NCBI GenBank assembly: GCA_043753995.1
Contig: JAYUVP010000124.1
Coordinates: forward strand, 1 to 35,541
Source: Fibrobacterota bacterium
Lineage (GTDB): Bacteria; Fibrobacterota; Fibrobacteria; UBA11236
Direction: 5' to 3'
Length of the DNA: 35,541 nt
The notes beneath the pieces were generated by a model, which worked only from the letters and a program-made list of their open reading frames with translations, was not told the origin of the DNA and searched no databases. The position numbers and the translations under genes are program-made. Shown in pieces: positions 18,555 to 28,646 of the stretch (positions are counted from its first letter, which is position 1; each line of letters opens with the position of its first letter).

Positions 18555-21208
18555 AGGCGGCGCTTAGCGCCTTTGCCGCCCTGATCGGCGGTTTGCAGCT
18601 TGATATCGGGTAAATCAATGATACGGATCACGAAGCTCCAGCCTTCGGAAAGGCCGACCGGCGTCCAGCGGAAGTCCATGTCCCAGCAATGCAATTTGCG
18701 GTGAATATTGAAGTTATGCCTGGAAAATTCGCCGTCGGCGAAATTGTAATCCGTGTCATAACTGAGCTGCCAATTGAAGGTGGGATTGAATTTGAGGCTG
18801 CCCGAAGCCTGATGGGTTTTGGTCACCTGATACACTTCGGAAAAACCAAAGAAGCGCGATGCCGGGTCGCCGTCCATGCCCGCCACGCGACTGGCATTGA
18901 AATCAAAGCTGTAGTTCAGGTCCATGGACCAGGGGGAGGTGCCATAACGTTCGTCGGCGAAGCCCGGCGCATCTTTCATTTTGAGGCCGCTGGAAAAGTC
19001 GCCTTGCAGGGATAAGCCTTTGCGCCAGCCGAAGCGATAGCTTTTCAGCACGGGGGTATTGATGGCATTGATGTCGGGGGCATAATCATCATAGAGCCCA
19101 TGCACGAAACTCACGGTAAAGGCGATATTGCGTGTGACATAGAGGCTTAAATTGCTGTTAATATCGCCCCATTCGCGCTCATCCAGGGCGAAGTTATAGC
19201 TAGTGCTGGTATTAGCCGTCAGCATTTTATAAGGCTCGGTTTTTTTGCTCGAATCGGTCGAGGCAAACTTCAAATCAATATCATTGTCCAAGCCCAGGCC
19301 CAAAGTGCGCTGCTCGGCTTGATAGGGCAAACCTCCGACCTTGGGGTTGGCGGCGAAATGGGTATTGCTGTCGATTTCCGGCGCATAGGTAAAGCCCGTT
19401 CTAGGCGCCAGGGTATGGCGTATGCCCTGCAAAACTCCGAACCATGCCTTTCCGGGTTCGGCTTGGGCAATGCCGTAGAGGCGGGTGTCAAAATTGGCGG
19501 CGGTATTCCAGGCGAAGAAATAATCGCCGACTTCCCCATTTTCGGGGTCATAGGCCACCTGGGTCGGATTCTGGGGGTCTCCGGTCTTGGAAGTAAGGCT
19601 CCAGAGCTGGCTCATATTTAAGCTGGGGGTGAGGTTCAAATATTGCAGCAAGTTGTATTTGCCGGTAAAGGCGAGGTGATCGGCATAACCCACATAGGTG
19701 CTGGTGTCGCCGGGAGGCGCGACCTTGGCGGGTCGGCTGACCTGATTCACATTGAAGCGATTGTCATAGTTCCAGGAAATCTTGCGGTAAAAAGGCTCAT
19801 CAGGCAAGGAGCCGCTGTCGGGCAAGTCGTCCTCATCGAGTTCAGGCACGGGAAAGAGCGGACCGCCGACGCGAAAACTGAGATCGGGGATACTGCGATC
19901 GACGAGATTGTCGGTGAGGTTATTGTCCTGCTTCAAATCGACATTGAGGGAGGCTTGATTCCAATTGAATTGACGACGATAGCCAAGGTTCGCATTGGCG
20001 GTTTGTTTCACCCTTTCCTCTTCGGTCAAGGCATTGTTGGCCACGATATTGGGATCGCTTTGAAACCGACCCGACCCTTTCACGGTTTGTTTGCCGTCGG
20101 GAGTCACATTCCAATCGGTATTGAAATCGACCAGCCAGCCTGCCGTGCTGGGATCAAATTCGCTGATATACCATTTGCCGCCCACGGAAGAATTGAGCAC
20201 CGAGCGCTTATTATAGCGGTATTGCCAATTGACATTGGTATTGGAAAAAGTCCCCTGCGCGCCTTCGATGACGTCGCCCGAAAGTTCAGCATCCATATAT
20301 TCGTCTATGGCCCAGTAATAGCCTAGGCCGGTGATATAAAAGCCTTGCGCTTGGTCGCCGCCGAATTTGGGCTGCAAGAGGCCGGAGCGCCGCCCGGACC
20401 CCAGGGGCATGACCAACATGGGCAAAACGGCCACCGGCACGTCGCCGATATTCATGACTATGGGACCCGAAAGCACCTTGCTATTGGGTTCAACTATCAT
20501 GCGACGGCCATAGAAATAAAAGTGCTGGTCGGGTTTTTGGTCGCACGTCGAGAAGTCGCCGCGAGCGATATAAATCGCACCGGATTTCTGGCGACGCACT
20601 TCAATGCCATTGAAGACTTGATTGCCTTTTTTCGAACTGCCCCAATAAACCTCGCCTACACGCTTTTTGATGTTGTAGCGCATGCGATAGCCCAAAATAG
20701 GAGGGTTGTCCTTGTCGCTGATGAGGGGGGCGCCGAAGGCTTCGACCAAATTTTCTTCATGGAAATAGACAATGCTGTCTGCTTCGAGACGCGATCCCTT
20801 AAAGGTCAATAAAGCCCCGTCGGCGAGCGAAAAGCGATCATTGCGATAGCGAATTCGGGCCGCTTGGTAATCCACGGTGTCGTCGGCCACGGCCAAGGTG
20901 TCGTCGAGATTTTCATTCGATGGCTTGGCGAGGCGACTGCTGTCGGGGGGTTGGGCGTCCTTTGCCTCCGAGGCGTCCCCACTTTCCGAGGTGTCCGTGG
21001 CGGAGCCGAGCAAGTCCACGGTATCGGGCTTGGCCTTGCTCTTGCGCAATAGTTCGAGCTTAGCCAGGCTGTCTGCCCGCAAAATCGAATCAACCTTGGC
21101 CGGCCTGGGCAGGGCAAATAAAGGTCCGGCACCGACTCGGGGGACGGCCAAAAGGAGAAGGCAGCCCAGCAAGCCGAGCCATAGGCAGCAAATAACGCGA
21201 GAAGGCAT
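18551..21208 (-). CDS. lptD: Putative LPS assembly protein LptD (Bacteroidota-type)
   Basis: OstA-like N-terminal region (LEADSIVY, FSTCD, HFYF), RRSGLLQPKFG, GLGYYWAI, a long beta-barrel and C-terminal HRKLHCWDMDFRW. The likely start is 21208 (the ORF track starts at 21259). Confidence 0.85.
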   Translation of the reverse strand: MPSRVICCLWLGLLGCLLLLAVPRVGAGPLFALPRPAKVDSILRADSLAKLELLRKSKAKPDTVDLLGSATDTSESGDASEAKDAQPPDSSRLAKPSNENLDDTLAVADDTVDYQAARIRYRNDRFSLADGALLTFKGSRLEADSIVYFHEENLVEAFGAPLISDKDNPPILGYRMRYNIKKRVGEVYWGSSKKGNQVFNGIEVRRQKSGAIYIARGDFSTCDQKPDQHFYFYGRRMIVEPNSKVLSGPIVMNIGDVPVAVLPMLVMPLGSGRRSGLLQPKFGGDQAQGFYITGLGYYWAIDEYMDAELSGDVIEGAQGTFSNTNVNWQYRYNKRSVLNSSVGGKWYISEFDPSTAGWLVDFNTDWNVTPDGKQTVKGSGRFQSDPNIVANNALTEEERVKQTANANLGYRRQFNWNQASLNVDLKQDNNLTDNLVDRSIPDLSFRVGGPLFPVPELDEDDLPDSGSLPDEPFYRKISWNYDNRFNVNQVSRPAKVAPPGDTSTYVGYADHLAFTGKYNLLQYLNLTPSLNMSQLWSLTSKTGDPQNPTQVAYDPENGEVGDYFFAWNTAANFDTRLYGIAQAEPGKAWFGVLQGIRHTLAPRTGFTYAPEIDSNTHFAANPKVGGLPYQAEQRTLGLGLDNDIDLKFASTDSSKKTEPYKMLTANTSTSYNFALDEREWGDINSNLSLYVTRNIAFTVSFVHGLYDDYAPDINAINTPVLKSYRFGWRKGLSLQGDFSSGLKMKDAPGFADERYGTSPWSMDLNYSFDFNASRVAGMDGDPASRFFGFSEVYQVTKTHQASGSLKFNPTFNWQLSYDTDYNFADGEFSRHNFNIHRKLHCWDMDFRWTPVGLSEGWSFVIRIIDLPDIKLQTADQGGKGAKRRL

Positions 21209-21273
21209 GGTCGAGGGTGGGAAGGGTAGAAAATGGCGATTCACCGCATCGTCCGGCATGCAATAATGATGGC

Positions 21274-22593
21274 ATGAGAATTCTCTGTTTGGGCGACATT
21301 CAATTGGCCTCTCCCCTACGGGCCCTGGGCCATGAAGTCAAGGTTTTGGGCGGACCCGACCTCGAAGTAAAGCAACACGAAGACAGCCGGATTTTTTTCG
21401 CCAAGCCGCAAGAGGGGAAAACCCTGCTGCGCGAGGCCATCGCCAAGCACAAGCCCGAAGCCTTGCTCATGGGCGATGACTCCTCCCCTATGATTCACTT
21501 GGGTCATGAAGAGGTGGATTTACCCCGCCTTTGGTGGTCCATAGACACGCATTTGCACTCCGCCTGGCATGGGCATTTGGCCCGTTCCTTTCATCGCGTC
21601 TTCGGAGCGCAAAAGACCCACTTGCACCGCCTGCGCGATGCGAAAGGCCGGGAAGCGGCCTGGCTACCCTTGTTTTTCCCCGAAGCCCTGGCTTTCACTC
21701 CCTGGAGCGAACGTAACACTCCCGTGACCTTTGTCGGCACCCTCGACGCCGAGAAAAATCCCAAGCGGGTGGCCTTTTTCGAGGCCTTGGGCAAACGCCT
21801 TCCCCTGCAAATGGCCAAGGGCCATTATCGCAAGTTTTACACCCATAGCAAGGTCGTGATCAATCAGGCCGTGGCCGGCGATTTGAATAATCGCGTGGTC
21901 GAGGCCATGGGCTGCGGGGCCGCCTTGGTCACCGAAGCCTTGCCCCAGGGGTTTTCCGGCATCGCCAAGGCCGGCAGCGACTTTCTCACCTATGCCCCGG
22001 GCGATGTGGAGGCCGCCTTCAAGGCCATTCAATCCCTGTTGGATGACGACCCGGCATGCGAAGCCATGGCGCGAGCGGGCCATGAACAGGTGCATGCGCG
22101 CCATTTGGGCATGCACCGTGCCGCCGAAGTCGACACGGTTTTACGCGCAGGTTTTTCAGAGGGAAGCGCGGCGGGCGGGGATGGGGGGCTTGGAGTGGCT
22201 ACTCCGGAAGCGCTAGATAGGCTCGCTTATGCTCATGGCCTATTGTCACGCCTAGGTTACCCTGAGAATGTGCGCAGCTTCTTCGCGGTCGAGGGCAAAA
22301 AACGCGCTGAAGACTTGTTGAAGCGCGACGATCACGCCTATCCCTGGTCGCGTCTCGCCCTGGCCGAAATGGCGGTGCAAACCGGAGATTGGAAAAGTGC
22401 CGGGCCACGCATGCGCGATTTCGAGCCCGTCGAGGAGCCGGAATACATGGAGGCCTTCTCGCCCATTCGCGCCGTCATGGCTGCGCAAACCGGCGACGGC
22501 GTGGAGGCGCTTTATTGGGTGCGGCGCGGGTTACGCATTACCCCGGACAATGGCATTTTGCTGCAAATGCAGGAGAAGCTGAAATTGGGGTGA
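21274..22593 (+). CDS. CgeB/Glyco_trans_1_2-type glycosyltransferase with TPR-like C-terminus
   Basis: MRILCLG, WSIDTH, VTFVGT and SKVVINQAVAGDLNNRVVEAMGCGAALVT; helical C-terminus. The likely start is ATG 21274. Confidence 0.8.
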   Translation: MRILCLGDIQLASPLRALGHEVKVLGGPDLEVKQHEDSRIFFAKPQEGKTLLREAIAKHKPEALLMGDDSSPMIHLGHEEVDLPRLWWSIDTHLHSAWHGHLARSFHRVFGAQKTHLHRLRDAKGREAAWLPLFFPEALAFTPWSERNTPVTFVGTLDAEKNPKRVAFFEALGKRLPLQMAKGHYRKFYTHSKVVINQAVAGDLNNRVVEAMGCGAALVTEALPQGFSGIAKAGSDFLTYAPGDVEAAFKAIQSLLDDDPACEAMARAGHEQVHARHLGMHRAAEVDTVLRAGFSEGSAAGGDGGLGVATPEALDRLAYAHGLLSRLGYPENVRSFFAVEGKKRAEDLLKRDDHAYPWSRLALAEMAVQTGDWKSAGPRMRDFEPVEEPEYMEAFSPIRAVMAAQTGDGVEALYWVRRGLRITPDNGILLQMQEKLKLG

Positions 22594-22594
22594 T

Positions 22595-24700
22595 TTACGG
22601 CTTCACCGTCAGCATTAGCAATTGCCCACCCTGCACAAGGTTTTGCGAGGCCGGAAGATTCTGAAAGGCTCCTGCCTGAGAATTCGAAATGCTATGCGCC
22701 TGAACATTGACCAGCCATTTGCCCCGGCCTAAAACCGAAGAGGCATCGATGATTCCAGTCGTTTCCCAATAATCACTTTTTCCGCTCGGTCGCGATTCCG
22801 CAGGAACCGCAGAATAATTAATTTCCGCAATTTTACGCAATCCCTTGGATTTCAAGTCCATCATCCATAGAGCGGGTAATCGAGGCATAGCGAGATTCAA
22901 ATCCTCACAAATCATCAGATGACCTTCGGAGTCCAAGTCCATATTATCCGGGCTGACAAAGCCGTTTGCCGAATCACCTGCCATGATTATCTCCAATCGT
23001 GGCGGCTTGCTCACCGACAGAGGTTGGGTTGGGTCAAAGGCTAATTTGTAAATACGGCCAAAGCGATTGCGATTGGATTTGGGATCCCCCGTAGTGGCAA
23101 AATAAAAGACGCCTTTTTCATTTCGGTCATAGGTTCCGTCTTCTATGCGATCGAAGTTGAAGGAACTGTCGTGCCCGTCCTGGCTGACTCTGCTCCAAGT
23201 ATCCAAATCTTCCCGCGAAACTTCGGACAGTCCCTGCATCAAATTGGGTCTTCCCTTAATGGGCTCTACCCATTTACCCTGTAAGACTCCCTTCGTGAAT
23301 TCCCCTTCGTCACGTTGGTCCGATGTAGCGAAAACATAAAGTTTACCGCCAAGCAAACCATTTCTTAAAAGCACATGATCGTTTCGATCGGAAATTATTT
23401 TTTCGCCGACATACATATAAAGCTGGCTGCCATGCGAAGGTCCGTCTTCGAGGGCAAAGGCCACGGTTTGCTTGGGATTATTAGTTGGTACCACGACAAT
23501 GTTTTCAAAGGACATTCGGCCGAAATCCGGCAAGACATAGGCCTTGTTATCTGCAACAGCCACGGCATGCCCCCCTTTTTTGGAAAAGGTTAGGCTGTCT
23601 TCCTTTGTTTCCTCACCCGTTAAATAAATGGGAGTCGTTAAGCCTTCGGCAGAACCACCTAAAAATCCGGAGCAAAAATTGCCAAAGGTGGGTGTCAAGG
23701 CAGCATTCCAACCGCCTAAATGAATTTTGTTATAAGCGATTCCTCCTGAGAGAATATGCGCGTCTTTGCGATTGAGCAGAAATTCTGAAATGTAGGCGCC
23801 ACGATGCGCGGGTCCCGGGATTTCGGCATGAATCGATTCAAAGGAGGCGATTTCATGATTCATGAATAGTTGAGCGACTTGATTGTTTATGGCTCGCAAT
23901 CCAAGACCATCGGGAATTCCGCCCATGCGATAGGCGCGGCTGGAATCTCCGGTCCTGGGGACGCTTTCTCCTGTGGTCAACAAGGCGAGGATTTCAACTC
24001 CGGATCCAATGGCTTTGAGATATGCGGAATCGTCAGTCCGCCAAGGCAGAATCTTTTCAGGGAAAAGAATAATTTCAGGCAAAGTATCGGAATGCATGAG
24101 AACGGGAAAGGTGGCGGTTCTATGGCCCGCCTTGGAAATCACCAAGGTGTCCAAGGGTATTTTGACAATCTTGGCCATCTCGGCTTGGGACATTACTTCT
24201 GGAAAAAGACCGGGACGGGCTTTTTGCTTGCTGAAAGGAATTCGATGATAGTATGTCTCGTGACCAATCTCGAATCGAATACGATAAACGCCGAGCTTTA
24301 ATTGGTGGTATAGGCTCGCCAGGGGAGAAAGATGAAAGCGCCCCCGCGAAAGGGTGCTGTCCAAGATGGTGAACACCTGTTTGCTGATTTCATCGAATAC
24401 CTGGATTCGCACCGGAGCTTGGCTTCGCAAAACCAAAAAACTGATGCCTTGATCCTTGACTTGAAAAAGATCTTCCGTATTAATTCCGGCCTTTAGGGAA
24501 TCCGGCTTGAATTCGTATTGGAATTGCCCATGGGCATCAGTGACGGTGGAATAGCCGGTTTGCTTGAAAAGCACTTGGGCGGAAACGATGGGTCGACTCG
24601 ATGCATCGATGATTTTTCCAACGAGTGGCAATTCACCTTTTGCGTGAATGATCGAAAAGCACGCGAGTGACGCTACCAAGGCGGTCAGAATTTTTTTCAT
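22595..24700 (-). CDS. phoX: PhoX-family (DUF839) alkaline phosphatase with N-terminal accessory domains
   Basis: GIPDGLG, FMNHE, FCSG, GRMSFEN, FDRIEDG, FYFATTG, SPDNMD, ICED, WETTG and NVQAH; signal peptide from MKKILTAL. Confidence 0.8.
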   Translation of the reverse strand: MKKILTALVASLACFSIIHAKGELPLVGKIIDASSRPIVSAQVLFKQTGYSTVTDAHGQFQYEFKPDSLKAGINTEDLFQVKDQGISFLVLRSQAPVRIQVFDEISKQVFTILDSTLSRGRFHLSPLASLYHQLKLGVYRIRFEIGHETYYHRIPFSKQKARPGLFPEVMSQAEMAKIVKIPLDTLVISKAGHRTATFPVLMHSDTLPEIILFPEKILPWRTDDSAYLKAIGSGVEILALLTTGESVPRTGDSSRAYRMGGIPDGLGLRAINNQVAQLFMNHEIASFESIHAEIPGPAHRGAYISEFLLNRKDAHILSGGIAYNKIHLGGWNAALTPTFGNFCSGFLGGSAEGLTTPIYLTGEETKEDSLTFSKKGGHAVAVADNKAYVLPDFGRMSFENIVVVPTNNPKQTVAFALEDGPSHGSQLYMYVGEKIISDRNDHVLLRNGLLGGKLYVFATSDQRDEGEFTKGVLQGKWVEPIKGRPNLMQGLSEVSREDLDTWSRVSQDGHDSSFNFDRIEDGTYDRNEKGVFYFATTGDPKSNRNRFGRIYKLAFDPTQPLSVSKPPRLEIIMAGDSANGFVSPDNMDLDSEGHLMICEDLNLAMPRLPALWMMDLKSKGLRKIAEINYSAVPAESRPSGKSDYWETTGIIDASSVLGRGKWLVNVQAHSISNSQAGAFQNLPASQNLVQGGQLLMLTVKP

Positions 24701-24717
24701 AGTATGAATATTAAGAC

Positions 24718-25308
24718 TCAATTGACGGCAGAAACGGCTTTATGATCCTCAAAACCCCATATTTTACAGCCTTTGGGCCCTTCATAAATGCTCTGCACAA
24801 AAAATAGGCGACGCAATTCATTCGTCTGAAAATCCTTGACACGAATCTCAACATCTTTATGAATCAGTCCCCCGCCCTTCAGCTTGATAGGAGTGGACAT
24901 GGATCGCCAGGAAAACAGGACGAACTTTTTCCCCCCATTGTTTTTCAAAGCGCGAAATAAAAGTTTTTGATTGTCCAGGTAATAAAACTCTTTGACGAAA
25001 TTGGTTTGTGCCTGAGTGGCTTTTTCGCCCTCTGGGGTCTGTAAATACAATTTTGAGAAGAGCTGCGGATCGGGCATCATCAGAAAAAGGTCAAGAGTGT
25101 CTTTGGCCAATAATCGTTCTAAAGCATTCCGAATCAGGGCGTCGGGCGATTTCGCCACTCGGCCCCATTCGGGAATACTGTCTTCGACAATGGAATGCTG
25201 CGAAGGAGAAGGTTCAACATTGGGCTTTGCCCAGGGCTCAGTAAGGAAACCCAGAGCCGGTAGAACCGCCCAAGCCAGTCGAACCCTCTTTTCACGCAAG
25301 CATTCCAT
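24718..25308 (-). CDS. Hypothetical exported protein in the phosphatase locus
   Basis: Fills the gap between same-strand genes with tight spacing; N-terminal hydrophobic stretch; no family recognised. Confidence 0.6.
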   Translation of the reverse strand: MECLREKRVRLAWAVLPALGFLTEPWAKPNVEPSPSQHSIVEDSIPEWGRVAKSPDALIRNALERLLAKDTLDLFLMMPDPQLFSKLYLQTPEGEKATQAQTNFVKEFYYLDNQKLLFRALKNNGGKKFVLFSWRSMSTPIKLKGGGLIHKDVEIRVKDFQTNELRRLFFVQSIYEGPKGCKIWGFEDHKAVSAVN

Positions 25309-25319
25309 GGGATTTGTCC

Positions 25320-28300
25320 TTATTTCCTATTTCCAAAAATGGCGCGGTATGAACGTGAGTTTTTGCCTTCACGCACATTCACGATATGGAGGCCTTTCAC
25401 GTCACCAACGGAAACCAATTGGATTCCAGCCTCAATGAACATGCTTTGGGAAAGCACACGGTTTCCTCTCATGTCGGTCACGGTCAATTGAACCCGGGTT
25501 GGTTTCGCATAGTTGAAAACAATGTCATTTCCCTGGACGCGAACCAACTGTGCTTTACGCCAGTTCGAGGAAGCCACGGGGGTCACTAGCAGTGTCGTTG
25601 CACTGATCGCAGCGCTGGTGGCGTAGTTTGAAAAATTACCGGCGGCATCACGAGCAAATACCGCAAAGGAGTATTCGGTACCCAGAGTTAAGCCGGAAAT
25701 GGTATCCAAAACAGCTGTTTTGCCTAGGACATGAGCCAAGGTTCCGCTGTTATAGTCAGCAGGAGGAGTCGAACCCAGGGCATAGCGAACGAACAAGGAA
25801 TCCACATCGGTGGAAACCGAAGCCGTCCAAGCTAAGGCGATTCTAGTGGTGGAAAGGGCGGTGGCTGCCAAAGCAGTAATTGCTACAGGCTTGGTTTGAT
25901 CCAAGGTAGTGGCCTTACCCGAAGCGACCGTGGCGAAAGGAGCAAAATTGCCAGCCGAATCACGGGCAAAAATGGCAAAGGCGTATTCGGTTTTTTCATC
26001 AAGCCCGCTGATGGTGTCTACCACAGCACCTTTACCGAGTGCATGAGCCAAAAGCCCACTGGTCGGATTCGCAGGAGGGGTTGCGCCCGCAACGTAACGC
26101 ACGAACAGGGAATCCACATCGGCAGTTACCGAAGAAGTCCATGCCAAAGCAATTTTGCTGATGGAAACCGGAGTTGCGGATAAACCAGTAATTGCCGCCG
26201 GACCCGTTTGGTCCAGAGTCGTGGATTGAGCCTGAGCACCTGTAGCTACAGCTGAAACATTGCCTGAGCTATCACGCACGAAGAGGCCGAAAGAATAGGT
26301 GGTCTGTTCAATGAGCCCGGCGACGGCAAGTGTGGTAGCCGTGTTGGCCATACGGCCTGCCACGGTTCCATTCGATATCCCGGTCGGATAAGTGGTGCCT
26401 GACGTGTAGACGACAAATACGGACTCAGCATCTGCCGTGACCGAAGGAGTCCAAGTCAAACGAACGCTATCCGCGGTAATAGCCGTTGCAACCAAGGCTG
26501 TCGCATTGGCGGGTGCGGTTTGGTCAAGGGTGGCTTTATGAACTTGCGCCGCTGCCACACCGGCCGATGCATTGGCCGACGTATCCTTCACAAATAAGCC
26601 AAAAGAATAACCCGATTTTTCGGCGAGACCCGTGACGTTGTATTCGGTTACGGAGGAAGCAAGCCGAGCTGCCACGGTGCCATTCGCAATGCCGGTGGGA
26701 TAGGTATGGTCATTACGATAAACAACCAAAACCGATTCCGCATCGGCGCTAGCCGAGGCTGCCCAGTTCAGGCGGATGCTGCTGGCTGAAAGGGCCGTTG
26801 CCGTCAAAGCAGTGACATTGGCTGGGGCGGTTATATCGAGAGTCTTGGCCCGGACTTGAGCCGATGTTGCAACAGCCGAAACATTATCCGACGAGTCGGA
26901 GACAAATAAGCCGAAGGAATAGCCAGTCTTTTCCGTGAGACCCGTAACCGTGAATGTCGTGACGGTGGAAGCGAGCGGGATCACGGTGCCATTGGCTTTA
27001 CCCGTGGGGTAACTGCCGTCATTGCGATAAACCACGAATACCGATTCGGCGTCAGCACTGGCCGAGGCGGCCCAAGTCAGTTGAACGCTGGTGGCCGTGA
27101 GAGAGGTGGCTGCAAGCGAAGTGACATTGGCGGGCGGGGTGACATCGGCAACAATTTCGACATCGCCGGAATCGAATTTTACAGTATTAGTCAGGGTCCA
27201 ACCTTGATACCAAAGGTCGTTACCGACTATGGCTCCGGCCGAATCCGCAGCGATTTCAGGCAGAGAGGGCTTGAGGTTTTGATAAAGACCATAACCGCCG
27301 ATGCTGCTGCGGGGACGTTGCTTGATGGTGGCATTGACAACGGCAATTGCATTGTCAATTTCACCCTGAGTCGCGCCACCATTGGGTGATCCAGCCGGAT
27401 TGGCGATAAAATTAAAAGCGTTTTTCCATTTGCCGGTTAGATAGGTTTTTTTGAAATCCAAGTAGGAACTATTGGGGTCAGAAATGCCGACTATGGTTTC
27501 CTTGCCGTCGAAATTCATCATCCAGTCGGAACGGGAGGTGTCACCGCCGCCACCCACCAAAACCATTTTTTCATAAAATCCACCGCAACCTTGTTTGGCT
27601 TCAAATGGCCCACCACTGCGGCCATTGTCGATGAAGGTCAAATTTTTCCAAGTGGGCTTGGTCACGGGTTCATTGGAAGGATCGCCATTACTGCCACATT
27701 CCACTCCACGATCACCTACGGTTTCAATTGGAGTGGCACTGGTACCACCCCGTTGCCGAGGCGGTTCGACGCTTTGAATGGCAATCATGTATTGGCTATT
27801 GCCGGAATAGCCGAAATCGGTGTCATAGGAATCATCGACGGTATTGGTGACTACCAAGTGAGAAGTATTGACCGACCCGCCAAACCATTCAAAGCCGTCA
27901 TCATCCCCTCGATGCACCTGAACATGGTGAATGACGGTTCCACTCCCCACCGCACATAAAGTTATTCCGTTTAGCTCGCGGTCAACGGCTACCGGAAAGC
28001 CAGGGCCATCTAAGCGCACATAGGTTAGAGTTCCAGAATTATCATTTTCATGTGAACCATTTCCACCGTAAATCGCCCAGGGCAAGGCTTCGTATTGGTT
28101 ATATGGACCTGGGTTGGCTGTTGCCCTTCCCAATAGAACGAGGCCACCCCACATGCCTCGATCGGCGGTCGGACCGCGGAAAGTGATAGGAGCCGCCGCT
28201 GTTCCAGCGGCATCAATTCGGGCTCCGCGATCCACTAATAAGGTGCCACGAACGGTGGAATCACCTTGAATGGTGGTACCCGGATCAATAGTCAGAGTCG

Positions 28301-28505
28301 CTCCATTCGTTACCATGGTGAAACCCTTTAAAATCCAAATTTTATCCGCCGTCAAGGTGATGTTTGTTGAAATCAAATTTGCATCTGCGCCGGACGTGAC
28401 GGGTATGGGTGCGGTTGGCAGTTGCGCGAAGGCGCTCGCGGCACCCATGGCCATAGCGAGTGAGCTCGCTATGGCAAGGTTTCTTATTCTATTGGACTGA
28501 ATCAT
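25320..28505 (-). CDS. Secreted Asp-rich beta-helix protein with five FN3-like repeats and a T9SS-like CTD
   Basis: Signal peptide from MIQSNRIR (RBS ggagg); WGGLVLLGRA, DNSGTLTYVR, ELNGITL, DDDGFEWFGG and DDSYDTDFG; five repeats of 103-104 aa; CTD VQLTVTDMRGNRV...GLHIV. Confidence 0.85.
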   Translation of the reverse strand: MIQSNRIRNLAIASSLAMAMGAASAFAQLPTAPIPVTSGADANLISTNITLTADKIWILKGFTMVTNGATLTIDPGTTIQGDSTVRGTLLVDRGARIDAAGTAAAPITFRGPTADRGMWGGLVLLGRATANPGPYNQYEALPWAIYGGNGSHENDNSGTLTYVRLDGPGFPVAVDRELNGITLCAVGSGTVIHHVQVHRGDDDGFEWFGGSVNTSHLVVTNTVDDSYDTDFGYSGNSQYMIAIQSVEPPRQRGGTSATPIETVGDRGVECGSNGDPSNEPVTKPTWKNLTFIDNGRSGGPFEAKQGCGGFYEKMVLVGGGGDTSRSDWMMNFDGKETIVGISDPNSSYLDFKKTYLTGKWKNAFNFIANPAGSPNGGATQGEIDNAIAVVNATIKQRPRSSIGGYGLYQNLKPSLPEIAADSAGAIVGNDLWYQGWTLTNTVKFDSGDVEIVADVTPPANVTSLAATSLTATSVQLTWAASASADAESVFVVYRNDGSYPTGKANGTVIPLASTVTTFTVTGLTEKTGYSFGLFVSDSSDNVSAVATSAQVRAKTLDITAPANVTALTATALSASSIRLNWAASASADAESVLVVYRNDHTYPTGIANGTVAARLASSVTEYNVTGLAEKSGYSFGLFVKDTSANASAGVAAAQVHKATLDQTAPANATALVATAITADSVRLTWTPSVTADAESVFVVYTSGTTYPTGISNGTVAGRMANTATTLAVAGLIEQTTYSFGLFVRDSSGNVSAVATGAQAQSTTLDQTGPAAITGLSATPVSISKIALAWTSSVTADVDSLFVRYVAGATPPANPTSGLLAHALGKGAVVDTISGLDEKTEYAFAIFARDSAGNFAPFATVASGKATTLDQTKPVAITALAATALSTTRIALAWTASVSTDVDSLFVRYALGSTPPADYNSGTLAHVLGKTAVLDTISGLTLGTEYSFAVFARDAAGNFSNYATSAAISATTLLVTPVASSNWRKAQLVRVQGNDIVFNYAKPTRVQLTVTDMRGNRVLSQSMFIEAGIQLVSVGDVKGLHIVNVREGKNSRSYRAIFGNRK
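25590..27146 (-). repeat. Five tandem FN3-like coding repeats (309-312 bp period)
   Basis: Units start at 27146, 26837, 26525, 26213 and 25901, each beginning DxTxPxxxTxLxAT and containing LxW, AD(A/V)(E/D)S-like and Y(S/A)F motifs. Confidence 0.9.
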
Positions 28506-28646
28506 TTCGTGGGCCTCCTGGTGGCGGTTGAATTTCTCGGGGCTCCGAATGCCTTGGTTATGCACACGGTATCCACCTTAAGACCGTCAAATAAAGAAAT
28601 GCCCTGTTTCTGTTTTTCTTTCAGACTGTTTCGTTTCAATGCCAAA

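Noticed and set aside
19643..20326. 227-aa plus-strand ORF, and similar antisense ORFs such as 32463..33251 and 11930..12460
   Set aside because: These are shadow ORFs opposite well-supported genes and show no recognisable motifs.
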